A DNA stretch of 64,000 nt. Origin: Azolla caroliniana. Taxonomy: Eukaryota > Plantae > Polypodiophyta. The notes beneath the pieces were generated by a model. It was given only the letters and a program-made list of their open reading frames with translations. It ran no database searches and was not told the DNA's origin. Below, piece after piece: positions 10,857-22,349 of this stretch. How positions within the stretch are numbered: position 1 is the stretch's first letter; the number at the start of each line of letters is the position of its first letter. The DNA lies in contig JBHGNT010000018.1 in NCBI GenBank assembly GCA_043228905.1, forward strand, positions 5,394,001-5,458,000, given 5' to 3'. The position numbers and the translations under genes are program-made.

Positions 10857-13499
10857 CTACCTTACAGAGAAAATCACATCCGATTCTGCCATGTAGGATT
10901 GCATATTTGCAGAGTTGCTACTGCTTTGATAGCCTACTAAGACCGCACTTGGAGCCGGGTACGGAGGGATCCCAATGTCGTCTCCAATTCCTTCGAAGAG
11001 CTGAAGAATTCGCAACATGGATGGTCGCAATTCGGGCTGATATTGGACACACCAGAGCCCGATCTTAAGGACATGGATTTTCTCAAGGTTTTCAGCATAC
11101 TTATCTGATTGTACACTATCTGATACTAATTCCATTTCTCTGTTGGGGATGCCAATATTCTCATGATCATGCTCATCAATCTGACCCTGTGGATGCTCTT
11201 CCCTGTCAACGGTCTCTTCTTCTTCTCCATTTGAAATGCTCACATCGATATGGTCGCCTGAAATGAACTTGTATGCCCAATCCACAAGGGTTTCATCATC
11301 ATTCCCTCTCTCATGGAACCCCCTCACAAGCTTAAGCAGCACCATGCCATAGCTGTAGACGTCCGCTTTAGATGTGATCTCGACGGTTTTCAACCATTCA
11401 GGCGCTATGTAGCCCCTCGTTCCTCGTGCACCCGACATGTGTAGATTGCTCCTCACCTCTTCTAGCTGCCTCGCCAATCCGAAGTCGGCCACTTTGGGCG
11501 TAAAACTGCGGTCTAAGAGCACATTCTCGGGCTTAATGTCACAGTGCAATATGTGTGGCTTGCAGTCATGGTGAAGGTATGCAATGCCTCGGGCCGTTCC
11601 TACCGCTATGGAGTATCGGACCGCCCATGGGAGAGGCTTGGGTTTTCCGGAGAGGAACCTGGCTACCGATCCATTCTCGATGTATTCATATACCAAGATC
11701 CTCTTCCCGGGAGCTCGGCCTCCGCCTCCGATGGAGTAGCCCACAAGATCCACTAGATTGACATGATGGATCTTGCCAAGAGTGCTCACTTCTGCTCTGA
11801 ATTGCCTGTCAGCTTCTCCATGGCTTGCACCCATGGTGTCTTTTAGCACCTTCACAGCAACAGGGAGCTGCTTTTCTTTTGCTTTTTTCTCATTCTCCAT
11901 CACCACTATGATTCTGCCTTTGTATACTTTCCCAAAGCCCCCTTCACCCAACAACTCACTGAAATTCTGAGTTGCCTCTACCAGCTGATGGTATGTGAAC
12001 TTAATCGGCCCACCATCGCTCACTACCCTCACACACTCATCCCTTCTCATCTTTCGGAGTATCATGTCACCATATCCTGTTGTCCACATTATGATGGAAC
12101 CGACGACTAGCAATACTACGATGAGAGCCGCCAGAATTGCCCCTATAACTGCCCCTTTCTTGGCCCCTCCTCCTCCATCTTTAGTAGCTCCTCCTAAAGA
12201 TGGAGGAGGGGACACCAACAACTTCATCAGTAGAGTATTGGCATTTGTGGTATGGCCATTCATGAGAAGGTGTGTTTTTTGATTACCCTTAATGAAGCAA
12301 GTTTTATCGCCCTGCCTATATGATGCCACGATGCAATCGCAATTATCCAGGCATAGTTTCTTGCACTCGTCTATATCATTAACGACTGGGCTGGTTAAGT
12401 CAAAGTAATTATAGTCGCTATGCTCATTCTGTACCATGGATAAGGACCCATTACGATCCGATTCACATATGCCGCTCAAGTTCAAGTTATTATTATAGCA
12501 CCCGCGAGAAACAAGCTGAGAATCCACAGGTTGATAACCGACCGGACAAGTGCAAGTTAAAGAAGATTCATTTGTGTCTTGGTGGCATATGCCATATGCC
12601 CCACAAGGGCTTCCCAAGAGGCATTTGTTGCTGATAAAATACCATACCTTGTCCCATGTAGAATGTGAAGCATTCCAAGCGTAGATACTCAGATTCCCGT
12701 CAGGATCTAATCGAAGCATGCTCATGGGCATGGATGAATTGTCTAGATATGTTCTCCCTCCGTTTCGGGTAAGCTCGAAACTTTTTTCGCTCACATTCAT
12801 GTATGCATATATGTAGATAAAATCCACATTACTGGCACTATCTAATGCGTGTAGATAAACATTCGTGTACTCATCGGTCTGAAGATGGAACCTTCCGGGG
12901 GGACCATAGGAGCTATCATTTGGCTGAGATCGCAATAGATAAGACTTATCCACTATGATAGAAGATAGTGGATTAATAGAAGAACTGTCTCTTGGCCTCA
13001 CTACCAGAGTGTCTCTTAGGTCCGAGAAGCTCTGCCACAGTATAGTTTCCATGGTCTGGTCAAGAAGCTGTAGGTTTCCAGAATTTTGAAGCTTTGCAAA
13101 GGAAGCTTTGGAGATAGAGGTACTCCAAAGTATGGATTGATTGTTTGCATCCGAGAGCTCGAGGTTTCCATTACTAGTGAAGTTGAGAGTAGCTCCTTGT
13201 GTGACACTAGGGGCAGAGATGGAAGGCCACCATAGTGGAGTTAGATTAGTGTCGGCAGTGACCCAAATGCAAAGAAGGAATTGGTCGAGGCCGAGGGATT
13301 TGAAGCCGAAAGTGAGGGTTCCGTTGTCGGAGAGCCAGAATCCGGAAGAAGAGGAATTAGTGGAAGCATTGGTGTGAGTTGAGAAATGGGCATTTCCGGC
13401 CTGATACAGTGGTGTTGCAGCCAAGGCTCCATGGAAGCTAGAGAGAAACAGAGGAGGAGGGAGGAGGAGGAGGAGGAAGAAGAGGAACATGGGAGCCAT
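10857..13499 (-). CDS. G-type lectin S-receptor-like Ser/Thr kinase (RLK1), 880 aa, intronless, non-RD
   Basis: Signal peptide, B-lectin (GNLEL..LWS..LQNSGNLQL..LWQSF), S-locus glycoprotein region (LRLDPDGNL), EGF (C..PCGAYGIC..CTCP), PAN (CKKLCLDNCDC), TM, kinase GEGGFG/VAVK/HCDIKPEN/DFG/APE. Confidence 0.96.
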   Translation of the reverse strand: MAPMFLFFLLLLLPPPLFLSSFHGALAATPLYQAGNAHFSTHTNASTNSSSSGFWLSDNGTLTFGFKSLGLDQFLLCIWVTADTNLTPLWWPSISAPSVTQGATLNFTSNGNLELSDANNQSILWSTSISKASFAKLQNSGNLQLLDQTMETILWQSFSDLRDTLVVRPRDSSSINPLSSIIVDKSYLLRSQPNDSSYGPPGRFHLQTDEYTNVYLHALDSASNVDFIYIYAYMNVSEKSFELTRNGGRTYLDNSSMPMSMLRLDPDGNLSIYAWNASHSTWDKVWYFISNKCLLGSPCGAYGICHQDTNESSLTCTCPVGYQPVDSQLVSRGCYNNNLNLSGICESDRNGSLSMVQNEHSDYNYFDLTSPVVNDIDECKKLCLDNCDCIVASYRQGDKTCFIKGNQKTHLLMNGHTTNANTLLMKLLVSPPPSLGGATKDGGGGAKKGAVIGAILAALIVVLLVVGSIIMWTTGYGDMILRKMRRDECVRVVSDGGPIKFTYHQLVEATQNFSELLGEGGFGKVYKGRIIVVMENEKKAKEKQLPVAVKVLKDTMGASHGEADRQFRAEVSTLGKIHHVNLVDLVGYSIGGGGRAPGKRILVYEYIENGSVARFLSGKPKPLPWAVRYSIAVGTARGIAYLHHDCKPHILHCDIKPENVLLDRSFTPKVADFGLARQLEEVRSNLHMSGARGTRGYIAPEWLKTVEITSKADVYSYGMVLLKLVRGFHERGNDDETLVDWAYKFISGDHIDVSISNGEEEETVDREEHPQGQIDEHDHENIGIPNREMELVSDSVQSDKYAENLEKIHVLKIGLWCVQYQPELRPSMLRILQLFEGIGDDIGIPPYPAPSAVLVGYQSSSNSANMQSYMAESDVIFSVR

Positions 13500-15099
13500 G
13501 AGAAAGATTATTATGTCTAAAGAATTGGCATCAGAGTCGGGTCTAATGGAGCTAAAAGAGAACGACTAGCCTCCACCTAACAATGGTCGTCCAACAAACA
13601 TTAGTCTCTCCCTTTCTTGAGTGAGTGGGCCTCCACATAAGATAGAACTATTGAGTCCCTTTTGGGATTTGTATATATGTACCATTCACAGCTGTAAAAT
13701 TTTTGTAAGTGCTGGAAAGAGCTTTGTTTTAGAAAAACAAAAACAAAAAAAAGAAGAGTTGGGAAGAGGGAAGGCATTGATGGATGGTAACAGGAGAGGC
13801 ATGAGAAGGAGAGAGTGTCTGGACTATGAATACAATAGACAAGCGTGTAATTCCCTCTCCGATTCCATGGGATTCAATTCAATTGATGAAAGTGGAGGGA
13901 GTCGGGACTCTTTTGCATGTAATAAATGATTGTGCCAACAAGAAAAGCCATGAAAACTTTTTCGTTGCTTGTATTAACATGATGAAGCTTTTTTGTTCTT
14001 TTTTTCGTTAACATGTATATATTCACAATCCAGATAATGAAGGCCTTTTTTAAAAAAATTTGCATGTGTGGCCGTGGGTTTTCCTTTCCAAGCTCATGAT
14101 TGACAATGTCGGCCAAAGCCCTAGGCAGCAACAGAAAGTAAAAGTGTGCCCCATCTAGAGAGGGAGATTTGTTCGTCTAGCATGGAATGGACATCGTAAC
14201 TGCAAGGGTGCCTGTATAGAGACAATCAAAATATTCTCCACGCAAGCAAAGAAACCATAATGTCTATAAAAAAGAAGATCTTTTAAAAGAAAGGAAATTC
14301 ACTTTGACAAACTATCCTATAAATGGGAACATTATAAGGCCTTCTTAGGTTGATTCCTCATGGAAATATTCTTTTGTGTTTTCTCATTCCCAAGCACATG
14401 AGATATATAGATCTTCATTTTAAGAGACTCTACAATTGTAAGTTATATAACCAATGTGTAAGTACCTCGGCACTTGATGACTAGATAGTAAAAACCTAGT
14501 TACATCCTTTTCTCGGTTGTTTGGGCCCAAAATAACAAACTTGTAGTACGCATTTTGCGGTAGACTTTTTATGAACCACAAGTATGTAGACGAAATACGA
14601 CGATTTTCTTTCGTCCCCATAATGATACTCTTGTCTTCATGTGTAAAAGCTTCGATCGCATTGAATGCATTGAATGCGTTTCTAACCAAATCCGCAAGCA
14701 GCTAGACCCTAGTTAATGCACAAATAGTTTAAAAAAAACATAGAGAGATCGATCGACGTTTGCGCAGAATTCCAAACTCGTTGGATGCGTGTACTCGTAA
14801 CCTTCTTGTGCACCACATGTAGTTAGGAGTTCTTATGGATTGAATGTTCTCCTGAATCATTTCAATTCACTCATGCAATCAATTCATTCGTTCAATTATT
14901 CATAAATCATTCATTCATGAGTGGAAAGCAAGAGTAATCTTTGGGTCTAGGAGGAGTGGAGTGTGTTTCCCTCCTCTCTATCCAATGATCAATCCATCAT
15001 GAGAAGAAAAAAGATAGTCATAAAAGGGCACTCTTTCTCCAGACACCAATACCATGCACTTCATCACTATCTCATCTCTCTCTCTCTCTCCACTTCCTC

Positions 15100-17688
15100 A
15101 TGGGAGCTCCCCTGTTTCTTCTTATTCTTCTTCCTCTGTTTCTCTCTACCTTCCATGGAGCCTTGGCTGCAACACCACTGTATCAGGCCGGAAATGCCCA
15201 TTTCTCAACTCAGGATGATTCTTCCTCTAATCCTTCCTCCAATTCTTCTTCCAGCTTCTGGCTCTCCGATGACGGAAGCCTCACATTCGGCTTCAAATCC
15301 ATCGGTCTCAATCAATACCTTCTCTGCATTTGGGTAACTGCCGATATTAACAGAACACCGCTATGGTGGCCTTCCATCACAACCCCTAGTGTCACACAAG
15401 GAGCCACTCTCAACTTCACAAGCAATGGAAACCTCGAGCTGATTGACGCGAACCAATCCATGCTTTGGAGTATCTCTACCTCCAATGCTTCCTTTGCAAA
15501 GCTCCAAAATACGGGGAACCTACAGCTTTTCGACAGCTCGACGGAGAATTTGCAATGGCAGAGCTTCTCGGACCTCCGAGACACTCTGGTGGTGAGGCCA
15601 AGAGATGACGGTTCATTAACTTCTATAGTAGTAGATAAGTCTTATCTATTGCGATCTCGACCAAACGATAGCTCCTATGGTCCCCCCGGAAGGTTCCATC
15701 TTCAGACCGATACGTACTCGGTCGCGTATCTACGTGCATTGGATGTTGTCTATAATGTGGAATTTATCTACTTATATGCATATATCAACACAAGCCAAGG
15801 TGTTTTTGAGCTTAGCCGAGGTGGAGGGAAGACATATCAAGACAATTCATCCATGCCAATGAGCGTGCTTCGGTTAGATCCCGACGGAAATCTAAGGATC
15901 TATGCTTGGAATGCTTCACATTCCACATGGGACAGAGTATGGCAATTTCTCGACAACCAATGCCTCTTGGGAAGCCCTTGTGGGGCTTATGGCATATGCA
16001 AAGAAGACACAAATGGATCTCCGACTTGCACTTGTCCGGTCGGTTATCAACCTGTGGATACTCAGCTTCTTTCCCGCGGGTGTTACAATAGTTTGAACTT
16101 GAGCAGTCTATGTGGTAATAATTATAGTAATGGATCATTATCCATGGTCCCCAATCAGCAAAGTGATTATAATTACAATGACTTGACCAACAAAGAAGTT
16201 ACCGATATCGAGGAGTGCAAGAAACTATGCTTGCAGGAATGCGATTGCGTGGTGGCATCGTATCGGCTGCATGATAAGACATGCTTCCTTAAGGGCAATC
16301 AAACAACGCGGCTTCTCATGAATGGCTACGCCACGAATAACAATACTCTATTGATGAAGCTGTTCGTGCACCATCCGAAAGGAGGGGTGGAGAAATGGGC
16401 AGTTATGGGGGCAGTTATCGGGGTTCTCTTCGTAGCTATGCTGGTTGTAATAGCCACCATAATGTGGCGGTCGAAGGCAACAACAAGAGACCATGGATAT
16501 GTCACTGTGGTGGGAGATGGTGGGCCCATAAGGTTTACATATGACCAGCTGGTAGAGGCAACTCAAAATTTCAGTGAATTGTTGGGTGAAGGGGGGTTTG
16601 GGAAAGTATACAAAGGCAGAATCACAGTGGTAATGGGGAATGAGAAAAAAGCAAGTGAAAAGCAGCTCCCTGTTGCTGTGAAGGTGCTCAAAGGCACCAT
16701 GGGTGCAAGCCAAGGAGAAGCCGAAAAACAATTCAGAGCAGAAGTGAGCACTCTTGGCAAGATCCATCATGTCAATCTAGTCGATCTCGTGGGCTACTGT
16801 ATCGGAGGAGGGAGATCTCAGGGGAAGAGGATCCTGGTATATGAATACATCGAAAATGGTTCGTTAGCCAGGTTCCTCTCCGGAGAACCGAAGCCTCTCC
16901 CATGGGCGGTTCGATACTCCATAGCTGTAGGAACTGCTCGAGGCATTGCATATCTTCACCACGATTGCAAGCCACACATAGTGCACTGTGACATTAAGCC
17001 TGAGAATGTGCTCTTAGACCATGAGTTTACGGCGAAAGTCGCGGACTTCGGATTGGCGAGGCGGTTAGAAGAAGTGAAGAGCAATCTACTGATGTCGGGT
17101 GCACGAGGCACAAGGGGCTACATGGCACCCGAATGGTTGAAAACCGCCGAGATCACATCGAAAGCAGATGTCTACAGTTATGGAATCGTGCTGCTTAAGC
17201 TTGTGAGGGGATTTCATGAGAGAGCAAACGATGATGAATCCCTAGTGGATTGGGCATACCAGTTCATTTCTGCAGCCGAAAAAAGTCAGGACCATAAGGG
17301 ACCGAGCATTTTAAATGGAGGAGAAGATTCTCCCAACAAGGAAGAGAATCCAAATGGCCACATTCATGAGCACGAACTTGACAAGATCGAGATTCCGAGA
17401 GATGAACAGGAACCAGTAGCAGTTAGTTTGAAATCGGATAAGCGTGACTACGAGAGCCTTGAGAAAACTCGGGTGCTTAAGATCGGGCTATGGTGCATTC
17501 AATATCAGCCTGAATCACGACCGACCATGTTACGGATTGTTCAGCTCTTGGAAGGAAATGGTGAAGACATTGGTATCCCGTCTTACCCGGCTCCGAGTGT
17601 GGTCTTAGTAGGCTATCAAAGCACTAGCACCTCTACAAATATAGCTTCCTACATGGCAGACTCAGATGTGGCCATCTCTGCAAGGTAG
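15100..17688 (+). CDS. G-type lectin S-receptor-like Ser/Thr kinase (RLK2), 862 aa, intronless, non-RD
   Basis: Same domain order and motifs as RLK1; full open reading frame; divergently transcribed from RLK1 across a 1.6 kb spacer. Confidence 0.96.
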   Translation: MGAPLFLLILLPLFLSTFHGALAATPLYQAGNAHFSTQDDSSSNPSSNSSSSFWLSDDGSLTFGFKSIGLNQYLLCIWVTADINRTPLWWPSITTPSVTQGATLNFTSNGNLELIDANQSMLWSISTSNASFAKLQNTGNLQLFDSSTENLQWQSFSDLRDTLVVRPRDDGSLTSIVVDKSYLLRSRPNDSSYGPPGRFHLQTDTYSVAYLRALDVVYNVEFIYLYAYINTSQGVFELSRGGGKTYQDNSSMPMSVLRLDPDGNLRIYAWNASHSTWDRVWQFLDNQCLLGSPCGAYGICKEDTNGSPTCTCPVGYQPVDTQLLSRGCYNSLNLSSLCGNNYSNGSLSMVPNQQSDYNYNDLTNKEVTDIEECKKLCLQECDCVVASYRLHDKTCFLKGNQTTRLLMNGYATNNNTLLMKLFVHHPKGGVEKWAVMGAVIGVLFVAMLVVIATIMWRSKATTRDHGYVTVVGDGGPIRFTYDQLVEATQNFSELLGEGGFGKVYKGRITVVMGNEKKASEKQLPVAVKVLKGTMGASQGEAEKQFRAEVSTLGKIHHVNLVDLVGYCIGGGRSQGKRILVYEYIENGSLARFLSGEPKPLPWAVRYSIAVGTARGIAYLHHDCKPHIVHCDIKPENVLLDHEFTAKVADFGLARRLEEVKSNLLMSGARGTRGYMAPEWLKTAEITSKADVYSYGIVLLKLVRGFHERANDDESLVDWAYQFISAAEKSQDHKGPSILNGGEDSPNKEENPNGHIHEHELDKIEIPRDEQEPVAVSLKSDKRDYESLEKTRVLKIGLWCIQYQPESRPTMLRIVQLLEGNGEDIGIPSYPAPSVVLVGYQSTSTSTNIASYMADSDVAISAR

Positions 17689-18120
17689 GTAGGTTTAGCT
17701 TCATGAGACCATCAGGATTTGTGAAGAGCTGAAGAAGCCATTCATGTGCAACCATGCTATCTTGTATCCTGTACTAGTAGACACCTCTGTTGTATGTTTA
17801 TTTTTGGGGGGCTTTGTCTGTGTGTGTTGCTTGAATTCTGATTGCATCAGAAACGATAGCATTGGGAATCTGGTTTGTGATTTAGACTGTTGAATAAACC
17901 ACTTCTTGATTTAGATATCTCTTGCCTCCTTCCATCCCTTGAATTAGGACTTTTTGACTACTCTTGTGTGCAGACATGGAACTAGATCTTTTGAAGCCTT
18001 TTTGTTTGTGTGCACATATGGAAAAAGTCTAGCATCCGCAAATTCAGAAGGACTACCAAAAAAAGTGCTCTTATTTGTGTTATTATTTAAAAGCTATGTT
18101 TCTTTGGTTCTCGGTGATTC

Positions 18121-18200
18121 ATAAAACAAAGAACAAATAAAGACATTAATTGTTACGGGCATAAAACAAAGAACAAATAAAGACATTAATTGTTACGGGC
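18121..18200. repeat. Perfect 2 x 40 bp tandem duplication spanning the flank/LTR junction
   Basis: ATAAAACAAAGAACAAATAAAGACATTAATTGTTACGGGC twice. Confidence 0.92.
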
Positions 18201-19521
18201 ATGACCATATAATATCCCGTGGTGAGAATTTACCGTAGTATTACATACACGTGGATAAGTGTGAGGGTTAAACGAGAGTGTAAAGAAGGGGAAGATTACT
18301 TTTAATCCTCCGGATTGAGTCAACCCATTAGGCCAAGTGTGAACTTGCCTGGGGGCCTTGGGTATCGCTATAAATAAGAGGTCTAGCTACCCTCATTTTA
18401 TCATCTTTTGATTACGTTGAGACTCTGTTTCGTGGTGGTTCAACTCTTGTAGTGAGCGCGCTAGCACCAGGTACGACTCGACGCCACGACGGTGGTATGG
18501 GACGCTGATCGAGGCTCGAGTTCATCTCGATCCCTTCGTTCGGGGGTGGTCGGGTGGATCAACACCCTTCTTTCTCGCTCTCCTTTCTATATATCATTCT
18601 TTTCTCCTTATCATCCGCTTACATTAGATCATATCTCTAATAGTTGGTTTCAAAGCTCATGTTCTAATGTTTCTTTTGTTGTCTTTTGTCTTCTTGATTG
18701 ATGGTGATCAATCGATGTGCGGTTGGCCTTGATCCAGACAGTGTCAGGGCCAAAGTTAGGAACGAGTTTTAAAATAAAGAAGAGAATGGGAAGCGAAAGA
18801 TATGAGAGAGATAAGAAGAATTCGTAACCATACATGATCCCCAATTTGAAACTTCGGTTCCTTTGGTGAAGAGTCAAGACGGTGACAATCTGTGGCTTTT
18901 TTGTGTGTGGCTTGAGCAGTTTGCAAATGTTGAGAAAGTGCAACATGCACGTCTTGGAGTTGACGCAGACGATCTTCAACAGCAGGATTTTTTGAGATTT
19001 TTGGATGTGCCATCATTGTCCAACGAGGATGATATCCTATATTTGCAAAAAATGGAGTATACCATGTTGAGGAATGAACTGAATTATTGTATACAAACTC
19101 TGCAAAGTGCAAAAAATCCACCCAATCATCCTGTTGGTAATTGATGAAACACCGAAGATATTGCTCTAATGTTTGATTTGTTCACTCGGTTTGACCGTCA
19201 CTTTGTGGATGATAGCTTGACGAAAGTTTACAGGAAATTTTGAGCATCTCAAGCAAGTGTTTTTAGAATTTTGAGATGAATTGTGGGCCACAATCACTAA
19301 TGATGTCATTTGGAAGACCATGAAGCCGAAATACTTCTTTCATAACGATGTCTACAGTTTCTTTACTGTTGATGGTTTTTGTGCATGGAAGAAAATGTGC
19401 CATCTTTGTGAATTGATCTACTATAGTGAGAATAGCATCAAAACTCTTCAAAATTGGAAGATCTGTAATAAAATCCATCAAGATGGATTTCCATGGACCA
19501 ATAGGAATTGGCAATGGTTGT

Positions 19522-22349
19522 TGTTAAGACTTGGGAAGGCAAGAGTGGTTGCAATGCAGCGGAAGGTGAACGTATGTGTGTGTGTGTGTGTAACAACAGA
19601 GAGAGAGAGAGAGAGCTGAAGAGACAAAGATAGACAAAAGTGTATCAAAACATTGACTAAGTTACAATGAGTTGGTTTATATACCAAATAAGCTAGGGCA
19701 AGCGCCCTTTCTACTATTTACAAAACTAGCCTGGAATGTCCATGAGCTAGTGTGAAACCTATCTATGGGAAGTTGAGTTCGATTCTCAACACGCCCCTTC
19801 GAACACAACTTCCATTGTCGGAAAGTCGTTCGGTTCGTACTTCGACTTGTCTAGTCGGTTGTATTGCATATTGCGTATTGCGTATTGTGTATTGCGTAGC
19901 CTATCCGTGTTGCGTCTGCATCTGCGTACTCCCCCTCAAGCTCGACAATGTGGACGTCGTGAGACCAAGATCCGATGCAAATTGCCCGAGCTTGTCGATG
20001 CCTAAGGCCTTTGTAAAGATATCAACGACTTGTTGGTGCGTGCTGATGTGTTGGAGGTCAATTTCTCCGGCCTAAACGCACTCGTGGATGAAGTGGTAGT
20101 GCACTTCGATGTGTTTAGTTTGCGCGTGAAATACGGGGTTACGCGCGAGGTAGATACTGCTCATGTTGTCACAGTACAGGCATATTGGATCTTTGATGGG
20201 TACGCCCAGATCTTTTAGTATACGCTTAAGCCATACAACTTCGCATGTGGCGACTGTCGCGCCCTTGTATTCGGCTTCCGTGCTCGATAGTGCGACTGTC
20301 GGCTGTTTCTTGTTGCTCCAGGAGATCGCTCCGTTGCCGAGGGAGAAGACGAATCCTGATGTGGATCGTCTATCCGCTTTGTATCCTGCCCAGTCCATGT
20401 TTGTGTACCCTTCAAGTCGAATGGTCGTATTCGACTTATACAAGATGCCATAATCCACTGTTGTGTTAATATACCGTAGTATCCTCTTAGCGCAATTGAG
20501 GTAAAGGTTTCTTGGGTTCTACATGAATTGGCTAACTAGGACGACTGAATAACTGAGGTCGGGTCGCGTAATGGTTAGGTAGATTAGACTGCCGATCAGT
20601 TGACGATACCGAGTCGACTCGCTCGCGGTCGTGCCAGAACTGGCATCACTCTTGAGATTATGTTCAAGAGGGGTAGTCACAGGTTTGCACTCTGTCATTC
20701 TGAACTTGTAGAGTAAGTTGAGAAGGTAGTGCCGTTGTGAGATCATGATCCCGACTGGTGTCCAAATTATTTCAATACCTAGAAAGTAATGAAGTTCGTG
20801 CAGGTCCTTCATTTCGAATATGCCGAAAAGAAGTGATTTAACTTTGTTAATCTCGGCGAGATCCTTTCCTTCGATAACTAAGTCATACACGTATAGAATG
20901 ATGACTATTGGACTATCCGACTCATTTCGGATGTACAGAGATGTATCGGATTTTGACATCCGAAAGCCGACTTGGTGAAGATACTGCCTGATCTTTGAGT
21001 GCCAAGCACGCGGTGCTTGTTTGAGGTTGTAGAGTGGCTTCTTGAGTCGGCATACGGCGTGCGGATGATTACGCGATTCGAATCCGGGTGGTTGTGTCAT
21101 ATACACCTCTTCTTCTAGCTCTCCTTGGAGGAAAGCGTTTTTCACGTCCATCTGATGGAGGTGCCACCCTTTTGCTGCTGCTAGCGCGATTACGATTCGT
21201 ATTGTCGTCATCTTTGCCACCGGGGCAAAGGTTTCTTCGTAGTCTACACTGTGTGTCTGTGCGTAGCCTTTTGCAACAGGTCGTGCTTTGAAGCGATTTA
21301 CGGAGCCATTGGCATTGTGCTTCACCTTGTAAATCCACCTACAACCAATTGGTTTCTTGTTCGGGGGGTGAGGAACGAGATCCCATGTCTCGTTTTTGCA
21401 TAACACTTCCATTTCCTCATTCATCGCGTTGACCCATCACGGATCCTTTGCAGCTTCGGTAAGTGTTTCCGGTTCCCGTACTGACGCTACCTTCATCATG
21501 AATGCGTAATGATAGACCATGTACTCGTTGTAGCCGTAGCGGTTTACAGGGTTCTTCTCGCGCGCGGATCGGCGTGGCTTGTCCTTTGTGGATTCTAGGG
21601 GTTTCTTCACGCCGTCGGTGTGGATGTCAAGGCCTTCGAACTCACTGTCAAGATCGAAATCGTCTTCATACTCTTGCATTTTCGCCTTGCCTTTGTCTAA
21701 CAGTGGACTTGCCCGAGATGTGCTTTTATCACTTGGGGCCTCTTGCGGTCCACTCAGCCGTGTCGTAGTTGGGTTGTCTTTGAACATCTGCGTGAGCCGA
21801 TCCTCAGCTTCTATTCTTATTTCAGTGTCATCCGCGTCGAGCGGAGTTGAAGTATTCTTTGGTGTGTACCAGGATGCGTATTCATCGAAGACTACGTCTC
21901 GACTTGTTCGAACCTTACGGGTAGATGGATTGTAGCATTTGTACCCCTTTTGTTCGAGTGAGTATCCTACAAGGATACATTTCTCCGACTTTGGGTCAAG
22001 CTTTTGCCGCGTATTGTTGGGAATATGTACGTAGGCGATAGAGCCGAAAATGCGGACATGCTATTAAGACTTGGGAAGGCAAGAGTGGTTGCAATGCAAC
22101 GGAAGGTGAACGTATGTGTGTGTGTGTGTGTGTGTAACAACACAGAGAGAGAGAGAGAGTTGAAGAGACAGAGATAGAAAAAAGTGTATCAAAACATAAA
22201 ACATCCAACGTTGACTAAGTTACAATGAGTTGGTTTATATACCAACTAAGCTAGGGCAAGCGCCCTTTCTACTATTTACAAAACTAGCCTGGAATGTCCA
22301 TGAGCTAGTGTGAAACCTATCTATGGGAAGTTGAGTTCGATTCTCAACA
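19522..22349 (-). mobile_element. Ty1/copia deletion derivative (element C) inserted in the integrase of B
   Basis: LTRs 19522-19791 and 22062-22349; TSD GTTGT (19517-19521, 22350-22354); RT (QMDVKNAFL, LKQAPRAW) 20519-21424; RNase H (VALSSTEAEY, TKHIEVHYHFI) 20072-20458; PPT GAAGGGGCG. PBS, gag, protease and integrase core are absent. Confidence 0.93.

Noticed and set aside
10857-17688. Brassica-type self-incompatibility S-locus (SRK/SCR)
   Set aside because: SRK is an intron-containing RD kinase; these are intronless HCD kinases and no small Cys-rich ligand ORF was found nearby.
19928-19942. Second PPT (GAGGGGGAG on minus) marking another copia LTR
   Set aside because: It is the usual purine run at the pol end; the LTR begins about 140 bp later with its own PPT.
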